Assembly: GCF_020969955.1 (NCBI RefSeq)
Contig: NZ_JAHDSX010000012.1
Coordinates: forward strand, 23,411-55,410
Source of the DNA: Allobaculum fili
GTDB lineage: Bacteria; Bacillota_I; Bacilli_A; Erysipelotrichales; Erysipelotrichaceae
Direction: 5' to 3'
Length of the DNA stretch: 32,000 nucleotides
Shown: positions 16,688 to 25,800 of the stretch, in pieces
Position numbering within the stretch: position 1 is the first letter of the stretch
Layout of the letters: each line of letters starts with the position of its first letter
Translations under genes and position numbers: made by a program
The notes under the pieces: model-generated
Seen by the model: only the letters and a program-made list of their open reading frames with translations
Database searches by the model: none
What the model was told of the DNA's origin: nothing

Positions 16688-18274
16688 ATGGAAAAAGACA
16701 ATACCCTGATTCAGTTCAGGAACATCCAGAAGAGTTTTGATGACCAGATTATTCTCAAGGGCATCAATCTCGACATTAACAAAAACGAGTTTGTCACTCT
16801 GCTTGGCCCTTCGGGATGCGGCAAGACGACCCTTCTGCGAATTCTTGGAGGCTTCCTTTCTCAGGATGAAGGAGAAGTTTACATCGAGGGAAAAGAAATT
16901 TCTTCGCTGCCCCCGTACAAGCGGGAGCTGAATACGGTCTTCCAGAAATACGCGCTCTTTCCGAATATGAATGTTTACGAAAACATCGCGTTCGGTCTGC
17001 GCATCAAAAAAGTATCGGACGACATTATCGAACAGAAAGTCATGCGTATGCTTCGTCTGATCGGACTGGAAGGCTATGAAAAACGGGAAATTACCCAGCT
17101 TTCCGGCGGCCAGCAGCAGCGTGTGGCCATCGCCAGAGCGCTGGTCAATGAACCGAACGTGCTTCTGCTCGACGAACCGCTCGGCGCGCTGGACTTAAAG
17201 CTGCGCAAGGAAATGCAGTACGAGCTCAAGCGCATTCAGCAGGAAGTCGGCATTACCTTTATTTTTGTTACCCACGACCAGGAAGAAGCCCTGACGATGT
17301 CCGACAAGATCGTCATCATGAAGGAGGGCGAAATCCAGCAGGTCGGCTCGCCGGTTGAAATTTACAACGAACCGGTCAACGCCTATGTCGCCAACTTTAT
17401 CGGCGAAAGCAACATTTTGCCCGGCACGATGGTCCAGGACGAACTCGTCCGCTTTGACGAACAGGATTTTGAATGCGTCGACAAGGGCTTCAAGCCCGGC
17501 GAAGCGGTCGATGTCGTCATCCGTCCCGAAGACATTGATATCGTTCCCGTCGGTCAGGGAAAACTGACCGGTACCGTGGAATCGGTTCTGTTCAAGGGCA
17601 TGCTTTACGAAATGATGGTCGAAACCGTACCAGGCACCCACGTAACTGTGAACATGCACATCACGACCGAAGATGCCAACCAGAAAGACGACGGCCACAT
17701 CCACATTTCCGGAAACAGCTTCTATCTGGACGTGGAAGATATGGAAGGCATCGAAGAAAAGGATCTGATCGCCCGTGCCGACGCGCAGGCCTGGAATGAC
17801 GAAACCGATGAACAGCTGTCCATCGAACACGTCGAAACCGACCTGGAAAACAAGATCGGTACGTATTCGATTACCTTCACGACGCAGGGCGGCCTGTCGA
17901 TTACCAAGACCATTCAGGTCATCGACCAGCAGATCGTCCGCGATGAAAAACGAAACGAGGGCGTTTCCGCCTTTAACTTCTTTAAATCCAAGGATGAAAT
18001 CAAGGAATCCGTGGCGCTTGATACCGACCTGAAAACGTGGGCGAACGCGCAGGGCTGGCGTCTGAACAACGAAGACCAGTCCATTCCGCTCGATGTCACC
18101 TACGATTTCGATCCGGAAAAAATTGAACCGGGCGTTTACCCGGTAACGTTCTGGACCAAAGGCCGCGAGTTCAAGATTCATACGACGGACTTTTATAAGG
18201 AAGGTTCCCGTGTCGGTCTGACGTTTGGTCCGGAAGACATTCACGTCATGGAGAAGGAAGGCTATACCTCATGA
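16688..18274 (+). CDS. potA: Spermidine/putrescine ABC transporter ATPase with a ~170-aa insertion in the C-terminal regulatory domain
   Basis: Walker [10 protein letters not shown], signature [15 protein letters not shown], Walker B LLLDEPL, H-loop VTHDQ. The usual C-terminal end (…[13 protein letters not shown]) is present but split by extra sequence. The stop overlaps the potB start (ATGA). Confidence 0.9.
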   Translation: MEKDNTLIQFRNIQKSFDDQIILKGINLDINKNEFVTLLGPSGCGKTTLLRILGGFLSQDEGEVYIEGKEISSLPPYKRELNTVFQKYALFPNMNVYENIAFGLRIKKVSDDIIEQKVMRMLRLIGLEGYEKREITQLSGGQQQRVAIARALVNEPNVLLLDEPLGALDLKLRKEMQYELKRIQQEVGITFIFVTHDQEEALTMSDKIVIMKEGEIQQVGSPVEIYNEPVNAYVANFIGESNILPGTMVQDELVRFDEQDFECVDKGFKPGEAVDVVIRPEDIDIVPVGQGKLTGTVESVLFKGMLYEMMVETVPGTHVTVNMHITTEDANQKDDGHIHISGNSFYLDVEDMEGIEEKDLIARADAQAWNDETDEQLSIEHVETDLENKIGTYSITFTTQGGLSITKTIQVIDQQIVRDEKRNEGVSAFNFFKSKDEIKESVALDTDLKTWANAQGWRLNNEDQSIPLDVTYDFDPEKIEPGVYPVTFWTKGREFKIHTTDFYKEGSRVGLTFGPEDIHVMEKEGYTS

Positions 18275-19107
18275 AGACCTGGCGCAGACTCGCAATCCCG
18301 TATCTGATCTGGGGAACCGGGATGCTGCTGCTCCCGATGCTCCTGATCGTGTTTTATTCCATTGTCCAGCCGGGAAACGAAGTCACGACTTTCCGCTTTT
18401 CTCTGGACAGCTACATCCGTTTCTTTACGGATCCCAACTTTCTGATCATTCTCGGCCGCTCGCTGAGCGTTGCGATCAAGACGACCGTTCTCTGCCTGCT
18501 GATCGGCTATCCGGTGGCGTACTGGATCAGCCGCTGCAAGCAGAAGACGCAAAATCTGATCGTTCTGTTCATTACGCTGCCGATGTGGATCAACATGCTG
18601 GTAAGAACGTATGCCTGGATCGGCATCCTTTCCAAAGGCGGACCGGTTTCGATTGTCCTGAGCTGGTTTGGCATTAAGGACGCGGAAATTCTGTATACCG
18701 AAACCGCCGTTCTGATCGGCATGGTCTACAACTATCTGCCGTACATGGTGCTGCAGATTCACGCGTCGCTGACCAAAATGGATCCCTCGCTGGTCGAGGC
18801 GGCCAGCGATCTGGGCGCTTCGCCGTTCCAGACGTTCTGGCGGGTTATTTTCCCGCTGTCGATTCCGGGTGTCATTTCCGGAATTACCCTCGTCTTTCTG
18901 CCGGCGATTTCCGCCTTCTTCATTCCGAAACTGCTCGGCGGAGGCGGCTGGTTCCTGATTGGAAACGTCATTGAAAACCAGTTCATCACCGTCGGCGAAT
19001 GGAACTTCGGTTCGGCGATTTCCGTCATTATGGCGATGATGATGATGATTCTGATGTCCCTTGTCCGCAAGGCGGACCGTAAGGCGGCCAAGGAGGGCAA
19101 AGCATGA
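18271..19107 (+). CDS. potB: Spermidine/putrescine ABC transporter permease
   Basis: Six-helix permease with an EAA-type loop ([20 protein letters not shown]). ATGA overlaps at both ends. Confidence 0.9.
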   Translation: MKTWRRLAIPYLIWGTGMLLLPMLLIVFYSIVQPGNEVTTFRFSLDSYIRFFTDPNFLIILGRSLSVAIKTTVLCLLIGYPVAYWISRCKQKTQNLIVLFITLPMWINMLVRTYAWIGILSKGGPVSIVLSWFGIKDAEILYTETAVLIGMVYNYLPYMVLQIHASLTKMDPSLVEAASDLGASPFQTFWRVIFPLSIPGVISGITLVFLPAISAFFIPKLLGGGGWFLIGNVIENQFITVGEWNFGSAISVIMAMMMMILMSLVRKADRKAAKEGKA

Positions 19108-21011
19108 AAAAAAGACGCCCCGTCGGCGCGCTGCTGACGACGCTGATGATGATCTTCTTTTATGTGCCGATCCTCTTCATGATCATCTTCTCGTTCAACA
19201 GCTCCAAATCGCTGACAAGCTTTACCGGCTTCTCGCTGCGGTGGTATGAGCAGATGTTTGCCTCGCATGACATGATGAATTCGCTTTATGTCACCATCGT
19301 CATTGCGGTTCTGGCCACCGTCATTTCGACGATCGTCGGAACGATCACCGCGATCGGCCTGCGCTATTCGAAAAAGCTGGTGCGCTCCTACGTCACGCAG
19401 ATCAACGATCTGCCGATGATGAACCCGGATATCGTGACCGCGATCGGTCTGATGCTGCTGTTCATCACCTTCCATATCGAACGCGGTTTTGTCACTTTGC
19501 TTCTGGCGCACATCGCGTTCTGTACGCCGTATGTCATTCTTTCGGTTACCCCGAAACTGCGGCAGCTTGACCCGAACCTGGCGGATGCGGCCATGGACCT
19601 TGGCGCCACGCCGTTTCAGACGCTGACTAAAGTCATCGTTCCGGAAATCATGCCGGGCATTGTCTCGGGCGCACTGATCGCCTTCACGATGAGTTTTGAC
19701 GACTTCATCATTTCCTACTTTGCGACGGGAAAAGGCGTCAAGAACCTGTCGATCATGGTGTACACGATGGCCAAGCGCGTCAATCCGTCCATCAACGCGA
19801 TTTCCACGCTGCTTGTCGCTCTGATCACGATCATCTTGCTGGCGGTCAACATCATCCCGGTCGTTCGCAAGCGCATGGAAGAAAAGCGCATGAAAGACCC
19901 CAATTACGTGCCTTCGGCACACAAGCACACCGCGCGCAATTCGCTGATCGGTGCGGTCATTGTCGCGCTGGCGTGCTGCCTGTTCTTCTTCCGCCCGGAT
20001 CGCGGTACGCAGGCGTTTGCGGGCCAGACGCTGCATCTGTATTTGCCTGGCGAATACATTTCGGATGAAATGCTTTCGAACTTTGAGCAGCAGACCGGCG
20101 CTCAGGTTGTCGTGGACAACTTTGACTCCAACGAACAGATGTACATCAAGGTGGCGAACGGCGAATCCTTCGATGTGCTGATTCCTTCAGACTATATGAT
20201 TCAGCGTCTGATCGACGAAGACCTGCTGATGAAGCTCGATCCGGAAAAAGTCGATGAAGCGATCGTTCAGCTCGACGATCAGGTATGCGATCTCGCCTAC
20301 GATCCCGGAAACCAGTATTCCGTTCCGTATTTCTGGGGTACGGTCGGCATTGTGTACGACAAGGAAAAAGTGTCCCAGGAAGATCTCGAAAAAGACGGCT
20401 GGAACATTTTCCGCAATCCGAAGTACAAAGGCGATGTATACCTGTACGATTCGGAGCGCGACCAGTTCATGTCCGCTCTGAAAAATCTGGGCTATTCGAT
20501 GAACACGTCGGATTCCCAGGAGCTCAAGGACGCCTTTGACTGGCTGAGCGATGTGGTCCGCACGATGGAACCGGAAATCGTAACGGATGAAATCATCGAC
20601 AACATGGCCAACGGCCGCAAGGCGCTGGGCATGGTGTATTCCGGCGATGCGACGTACATCCTTCAGGAAAACGACCAGATGGGCTACTATCTGCCCAAAG
20701 AAGGCACCAACCTCTGGGTCGATGCCATGTGTATCCCGAAGAGCGCGGCCAATCCGGAACTCGCCTACGCCTTCATCAACTACGCAGCGTCCTACGAAGC
20801 GCAGATGATCAACTCGTCCTACGTCGGCTATACCGCGACCAACAAGGAAGCGGAAGACGAACTGGCAGCCACGGAGTTTGACGGCACCAACGCCTACATT
20901 CCGCGTACCGGCTATGCGAAGGACGAAGTCTTTGAATACAATCCGGACAGCCGCAAGACGATTGCGCAGTACTGGAGTCAGGTCAAGATCATCGCATCCA
21001 ACAGCCGCTAG
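19104..21011 (+). CDS. potCD: Fusion of the second permease (PotC) with a PotD-type substrate-binding domain
   Basis: The first ~260 aa are a permease with an EAA loop (DAAMDLGATPFQTLTKVIVP). An extra hydrophobic helix follows (LIGAVIVALACCLFFF). The remaining ~330 aa are PotD-like (LHLYLPGEYISDEMLSNFEQQTGAQVVVDNFDSNEQMY…DVLIPSDYM…). Confidence 0.85.
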   Translation: MKKRRPVGALLTTLMMIFFYVPILFMIIFSFNSSKSLTSFTGFSLRWYEQMFASHDMMNSLYVTIVIAVLATVISTIVGTITAIGLRYSKKLVRSYVTQINDLPMMNPDIVTAIGLMLLFITFHIERGFVTLLLAHIAFCTPYVILSVTPKLRQLDPNLADAAMDLGATPFQTLTKVIVPEIMPGIVSGALIAFTMSFDDFIISYFATGKGVKNLSIMVYTMAKRVNPSINAISTLLVALITIILLAVNIIPVVRKRMEEKRMKDPNYVPSAHKHTARNSLIGAVIVALACCLFFFRPDRGTQAFAGQTLHLYLPGEYISDEMLSNFEQQTGAQVVVDNFDSNEQMYIKVANGESFDVLIPSDYMIQRLIDEDLLMKLDPEKVDEAIVQLDDQVCDLAYDPGNQYSVPYFWGTVGIVYDKEKVSQEDLEKDGWNIFRNPKYKGDVYLYDSERDQFMSALKNLGYSMNTSDSQELKDAFDWLSDVVRTMEPEIVTDEIIDNMANGRKALGMVYSGDATYILQENDQMGYYLPKEGTNLWVDAMCIPKSAANPELAYAFINYAASYEAQMINSSYVGYTATNKEAEDELAATEFDGTNAYIPRTGYAKDEVFEYNPDSRKTIAQYWSQVKIIASNSR

Positions 21012-21087
21012 CCAGCGTGTCCTGAAGCGAAAAAACCGATGGATCGAAAATCGATTTGATCCGGAACATCCATTTGCAAAACGAATA

Positions 21088-21136
21088 AAGTCCCGAATGC
21101 GAAGCGGCAGAAACCGGTTCGATTCGGGACTTTTTA
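21088..21136 (+). terminator. Intrinsic terminator of the pot operon
   Basis: AAGTCCCGAAT…ATTCGGGACTT long stem followed by TTTTT. Confidence 0.8.
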
Positions 21137-21191
21137 CATGTGCAGTGCAGAGTGCAGAAACCGGATGGATCTTTGAAAAAGAAAGCCGGAT

Positions 21192-22163
21192 TCAGATCGC
21201 GTAAATCGAAATGAGAATCAGTGAAGAGAAAAACGCGCAGGCAAAAGGAATCCAGAGAACAGCCGCAGGCGGCTGTTTCGGTTCGCTTTGCGACGTGTCG
21301 ATCAGAACGCGGATGCGCGATTCAAGAGCACGGGTCGACGTGCTGCGGGAAAAGGCGGAGAGCCGCACAAAGTTGGTATGCGGAAACGTGCGGGAAGACG
21401 GAGCCGCAAAGCGAAGCACCGTCCGGGAGTAATTGAGACGATTTAGCGGCGTGCGCTGTTCGGTGATCTGTCGATCGACGCGGATTTCGCTGAACAGTTC
21501 CAGCACGGGACGAATCCGCGTGAGGCCCGGCAGCCACCAGTAGACAATCGTCAGCGTCAGATACAGCTTTTTCAAGAGCGCGTCCTCGTTGCACAGATGA
21601 CACACCTCATGCAAAATGATGAACTCATATTCGTCTGGATGCATCGGCACGTCCGGCAGGATGATAGCCGGATGATGATCGAGGCGTACAAAGGAAAACG
21701 GAACGGACGGAGAAATATAAAGATCAAAGTCCGGACCGCAGTAGTCCGGGATGAAATCGGTAATCGCGTACTGTTTTGCGGTATCGAGAACCATATCCAT
21801 CAGAACCTGTTCTTTCTCATATCGTCGCCGGTATCGCACAAACGCAATAGCCGCGCCGGCCAGCCAGATCCAGCTCAGCCAGCCAAAGCCGTTCGTACCA
21901 AGAAACGACACGGTTTCCAGGTGGTGATCGATCAGAGGAAAGAGGCCATTCCAGGGCAGCTCGACCCCGAGCTGAAAGCTGCAGGGAAGAAACATGCGAA
22001 AGAAATAGGTGCACAATACCGCCATAAAAAGGCAGGGATGAATGCGGCTGGCCAGAGAAGAATTATGAAGAAGTACAGCCAGCACAGCCATCAGACATAT
22101 ACAAAACAGAAGCGCCATGAATACCGAATAGACAGACAGCAGCATAATGTACCTTCTTTCCAT
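21192..22163 (-). CDS. M56-family (BlaR1/MecR1-type) membrane zinc peptidase lacking any extracellular sensor domain
   Basis: HExxH in the family-typical context FIILHEVCHLCNEDALLKK (plus-strand nt 21597-21611). Several TM helices; the protein ends in a TM helix at 323 aa. An alternative start at 22145 (MLLSVY) has a better RBS (AGAAGG). Confidence 0.75.
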   Translation of the reverse strand: MERRYIMLLSVYSVFMALLFCICLMAVLAVLLHNSSLASRIHPCLFMAVLCTYFFRMFLPCSFQLGVELPWNGLFPLIDHHLETVSFLGTNGFGWLSWIWLAGAAIAFVRYRRRYEKEQVLMDMVLDTAKQYAITDFIPDYCGPDFDLYISPSVPFSFVRLDHHPAIILPDVPMHPDEYEFIILHEVCHLCNEDALLKKLYLTLTIVYWWLPGLTRIRPVLELFSEIRVDRQITEQRTPLNRLNYSRTVLRFAAPSSRTFPHTNFVRLSAFSRSTSTRALESRIRVLIDTSQSEPKQPPAAVLWIPFACAFFSSLILISIYAI

Positions 22164-22892
22164 ATTCGGAGTTGCAATTCAGAGGCTTAAAAAATGGAAG
22201 GGACGGATCGCATGCTGCATTGTGCGGGGAAAACCGCATGCAAATCCAAGTGGTTCTATTTTAGCAAAAAAAATGCTCATCAAACTCAAAAAGTATAAAA
22301 TACGCAATTTTTTAAAGGAATATATCTATTCGATGAAAATTTGAAATTATTCGCTAAAAAATACAATCATGACGGAAAATCCGTATATCCATTGGACCTG
22401 CGCTGTTTTTGCTATTAATACATCCGCTTACATTTGTCTAAGCCCGCGGGAAAATATACCAAAAAATTCATACTGACGCTAAAAAAAAATAACGATTTGG
22501 AAACGAAAATCAGCATTTGGAAAAGCGCTTCCAGAAAAGAGCGTTTTTTTGCGAGTTTGTTTAAGTAAACTTCTGAGAAGACCGATCGAAAAGAGCGTGC
22601 TACAATGGCTCTGCAAGCACTCAGGGGATGTGAGTGCTGATCTTTATGCACTCGCTGCAGTTTTCTGCACCGCTCAGAGAACAGGCATTATCCGGGATAT
22701 CGATGGAAGTTTCTTTTACGATGTTTTTGATTTTGAAGGCTGCAGTCTGAATCGACTCCGATTTGCGGCGCCTTGCTTCTGTCCGGTTTTCCATCGGATT
22801 TCCCATCCGAAAAAGGCGGAGCCGCAAGTCGATTTCGCCGGTGTACAGACTGTATGGAACATAAAGAATCACGGTATAGAAAGGATGGTCCT

Positions 22893-25800
22893 ATGGAAAA
22901 AGAGATGGAAAAACAAGTCTTTGACGTTTCCGGCATGACGTGTGCTTCCTGCCAGGCAGCCGTTACCCGGGCCGTTTCCAAACTGGACGGCGTCGAAAGC
23001 GCGGACGTGTCTCTGCTCGCACAGAACATGCGGGTGGAATACGATCCAAAGCTCGTCAATCCGGCCGAGATTGAAAAAGCGGTAGCCGATGCCGGCTATT
23101 CCGCCACGCTTCAGCAGGCGGAAACGGGTTCCTCCAAACCGGAAAGTGCCGCGCAGATCTGGGAAGATCGAAGCGAACGCATTCGCAAGGAAACGGAAGA
23201 CAAAAAGAAAAAGCTGATTTGTTCGCTTATTCTGCTGGCAATTCTGCTTTGCTTCTCCATGCTTCCAATGCTGGGCGTGTTCTCCTTTTTCATGGATATG
23301 GAATGGATGATGGCCGATGCCTGCATCCAGATGTTCCTGTCCACGGTAATCCTGTTCATTCAGCGGGATTTCTTCACGCACGGATTTAAAACTCTGCTTC
23401 ACGGCAGCCCGAATATGGATACGCTCGTTGCGGTCGGCTCTTCTGTATCCTTTATTTACGGCTTTTACGGCCTGCTCACCATGGCGTACGGCTATGGAAC
23501 GATGGATCATGAACTGATCCATTCCGGCATGAACGCGCTGTACTTTGAAAGTGCGGCGATGATCGTTACCCTGGTTTCTCTGGGCAAGTATCTCGAAGCG
23601 CGCTCCAAATCCAAAACCGGCGACGCGCTGGCCAAACTGGTCAGTCTGGCGCCGAAAACCGCATTTGTAAAACGCGGGGATGACTTTGTGGAAATCCCGG
23701 CGGAAGACGTCCGCGCCGGAGATCTGGTCCGCATTGTTCCGGGTGCCTCGATTCCAGTCGACGGTACCGTTGTGGAAGGTTCCGGTACGCTGGACCAGTC
23801 GGCCATTACCGGCGAATCGATGCCGGTCGAAAAAGCCATCGGCGACGAGGTCATGTCCGCTTCGACCAACCTGAACGGTTCGTTTGTCATGCGGGCGACG
23901 AAAGTCGGTTCCGATACGACGCTTTCTCAAATTATTTCGCTGGTCGATGAAGCCGGCAACTCCAAGGCACCAATCGCGCGTCTGGCCGACAAGGTTTCCG
24001 GCGTGTTCGTTCCGGTCGTTCTCGGCATTTCTCTTGTTACCCTGATCGGCTGGCTGATCGCCGGCCACAGCATTGGCTTTGCGCTGAACTGCGCGATTTC
24101 CGTACTCGTTATTTCCTGCCCGTGTGCGCTGGGTCTGGCCACGCCGCTGGCCATCATGGTCGCGACCGGCAAAGCCGCGCAGTACGGCATTCTCGTCAAA
24201 TCCGCCGGCGTGCTCGAAGAACTGGCGAAAGTCAATACCGTGGTTCTCGACAAGACCGGAACCATTACCCGCGGCAAACCGGCCGTCGTATCCCTCACCC
24301 TGTTTGGCGATCGATACGATGCCGATGCGTTTATGACGATTGCTGCTTCGGCGGAATCCGGTTCGGAACATCCGCTGGCTAAAGCGGTTCTGGAAGAAGC
24401 CAAAAAAGAAAACCGCAGTCTGTATGCGGCCTCGGATTTCAAGGCCTTTGGCGGACGCGGTCTGGAAGTTATGGTGAACGGCATTTTCGTTCAGGCCGGC
24501 AACCAGGCATTCATGAACGAAGAACATGTAGCGCTCGATGAAAAAGCGCTCGAAGCTGCTTCAGAAATTGCGCGCAAAGGCGGAACGCCGCTCTTCTTCG
24601 CCTTTGATCATGAACTTTGCGGCATCATCGGCGCGGCCGATGAAATTCGTCCGACCTCGCGCGATGCCATCGCGTTGCTGCGCAAGGAAGGCATCGATGT
24701 CATTATGCTGACGGGGGACAACGCGCAGACCGCCAAGGCGGTTTCGCAGGGCCTCGAACTCAGCAATGTCATCTCGGATGTTCTGCCGGGCGATAAAGAA
24801 TCAGTTATTCGCAAACTGGAAGACGAAGGCAAGATCGTGGCCATGGTCGGCGACGGCATTAACGATGCCCCGGCTCTGACTCGTGCTGACGTCGGCTTTG
24901 CGATTCAGTCCGGTACCGATATCGCGATGGAATCCGCAGATATCGTTTTGATGAAAAACAATCTGCTCGATGTCGTTACTGCCGTTGGGCTGTCCCGCGC
25001 CACCATTCGCAATATTAAGGAAAACCTGTTCTGGGCGTTCTTCTACAACATCCTGGGCATCCCGGTTGCCATGGGTCTCTTCTACCCGATTAACGGCTGG
25101 CTGCTCAACCCGATGATCGGCGCTGCAGCGATGTCCTTCTCGTCGGTTACCGTCTGCCTCAATGCCCTGCGTCTGCGCTTCTTCAAGCCGGCCAAGGCGA
25201 TTTCCCAGATGGAAAGCCCAGAAGCCGAAAAGCAGCAGGAAGCCATCCAGATTTCCAAACTGCCCGCTGTGCCGTCCGCTGAGATGACCGCCTCTGCACT
25301 GGCATCCGAAGTGAGTGCCGCTTCCACCGCACAGAAACGGGCAGAAACAGCCCAACCGTCCGAACCGGCGCATAAAGGCCTGAAGGGAACCCCGCTCGTA
25401 TGGGGCGATGCGAAATCCGCAAAAGCGGCTCAGGCAGCGCCTGCAGCGCGCAATGCCGAACCGGCGGCAGAACAGACCGTTCGCTTTGACGTAGACGGCA
25501 TGACGTGTGCGCATTGCCAGAAGCATGTAACGCAGGCTTTGCAGAAGATCGATGGCGTACGCGCTGCAGAAGTCACGCTGAAACCGGGCGAAGCCCTCGT
25601 TCTGGCCGATCGTCCGATTGAACTTTCGGCCTATGAAGAAGCGGTAAAGGACGCCGGCTATGAAACCCGCACAGCCATTCCGCAGATGAGTGCCTTCCTC
25701 AAGGATTTCCATCCGCAAAACGAAGGCGAAATTACAGCTTTATTTGATGATTTAAAGAAAGACTATCCAGAACTGACCTGGATGGTTTACAGTGCCCCGG

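Noticed and set aside
18759-20036. 425-aa minus-strand ORF antisense to potB/potCD, together with 17195..18244 antisense to potA.
   Set aside because: The composition is Arg/Asp/His-rich with no motifs. The plus-strand genes have ABC signatures and translational coupling.
22429-22438. TACATTTGTC, a 7-of-8 match to the TACAnnTGTA cop/Bla box in the AT-rich gap.
   Set aside because: One-mismatch matches to an 8-nt specified motif are expected about a dozen times in 32 kb by chance. The site is also ~460 nt from copA and not next to any promoter-like element.
22549-22938. 129-aa plus-strand ORF upstream of and overlapping the copA start, and the ORF-track extension of copA to 22773.
   Set aside because: Neither has an RBS or recognisable motifs. 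The ATG at 22893 has a proper AAAGGA RBS and leads directly into the HMA domain.
22869-24527. 552-aa and 305-aa (24801..25718) minus-strand ORFs antisense to copA.
   Set aside because: They are shadow ORFs in a GC-rich gene. copA motifs (CPC, DKTGT, GDGINDAP) establish the plus frame.
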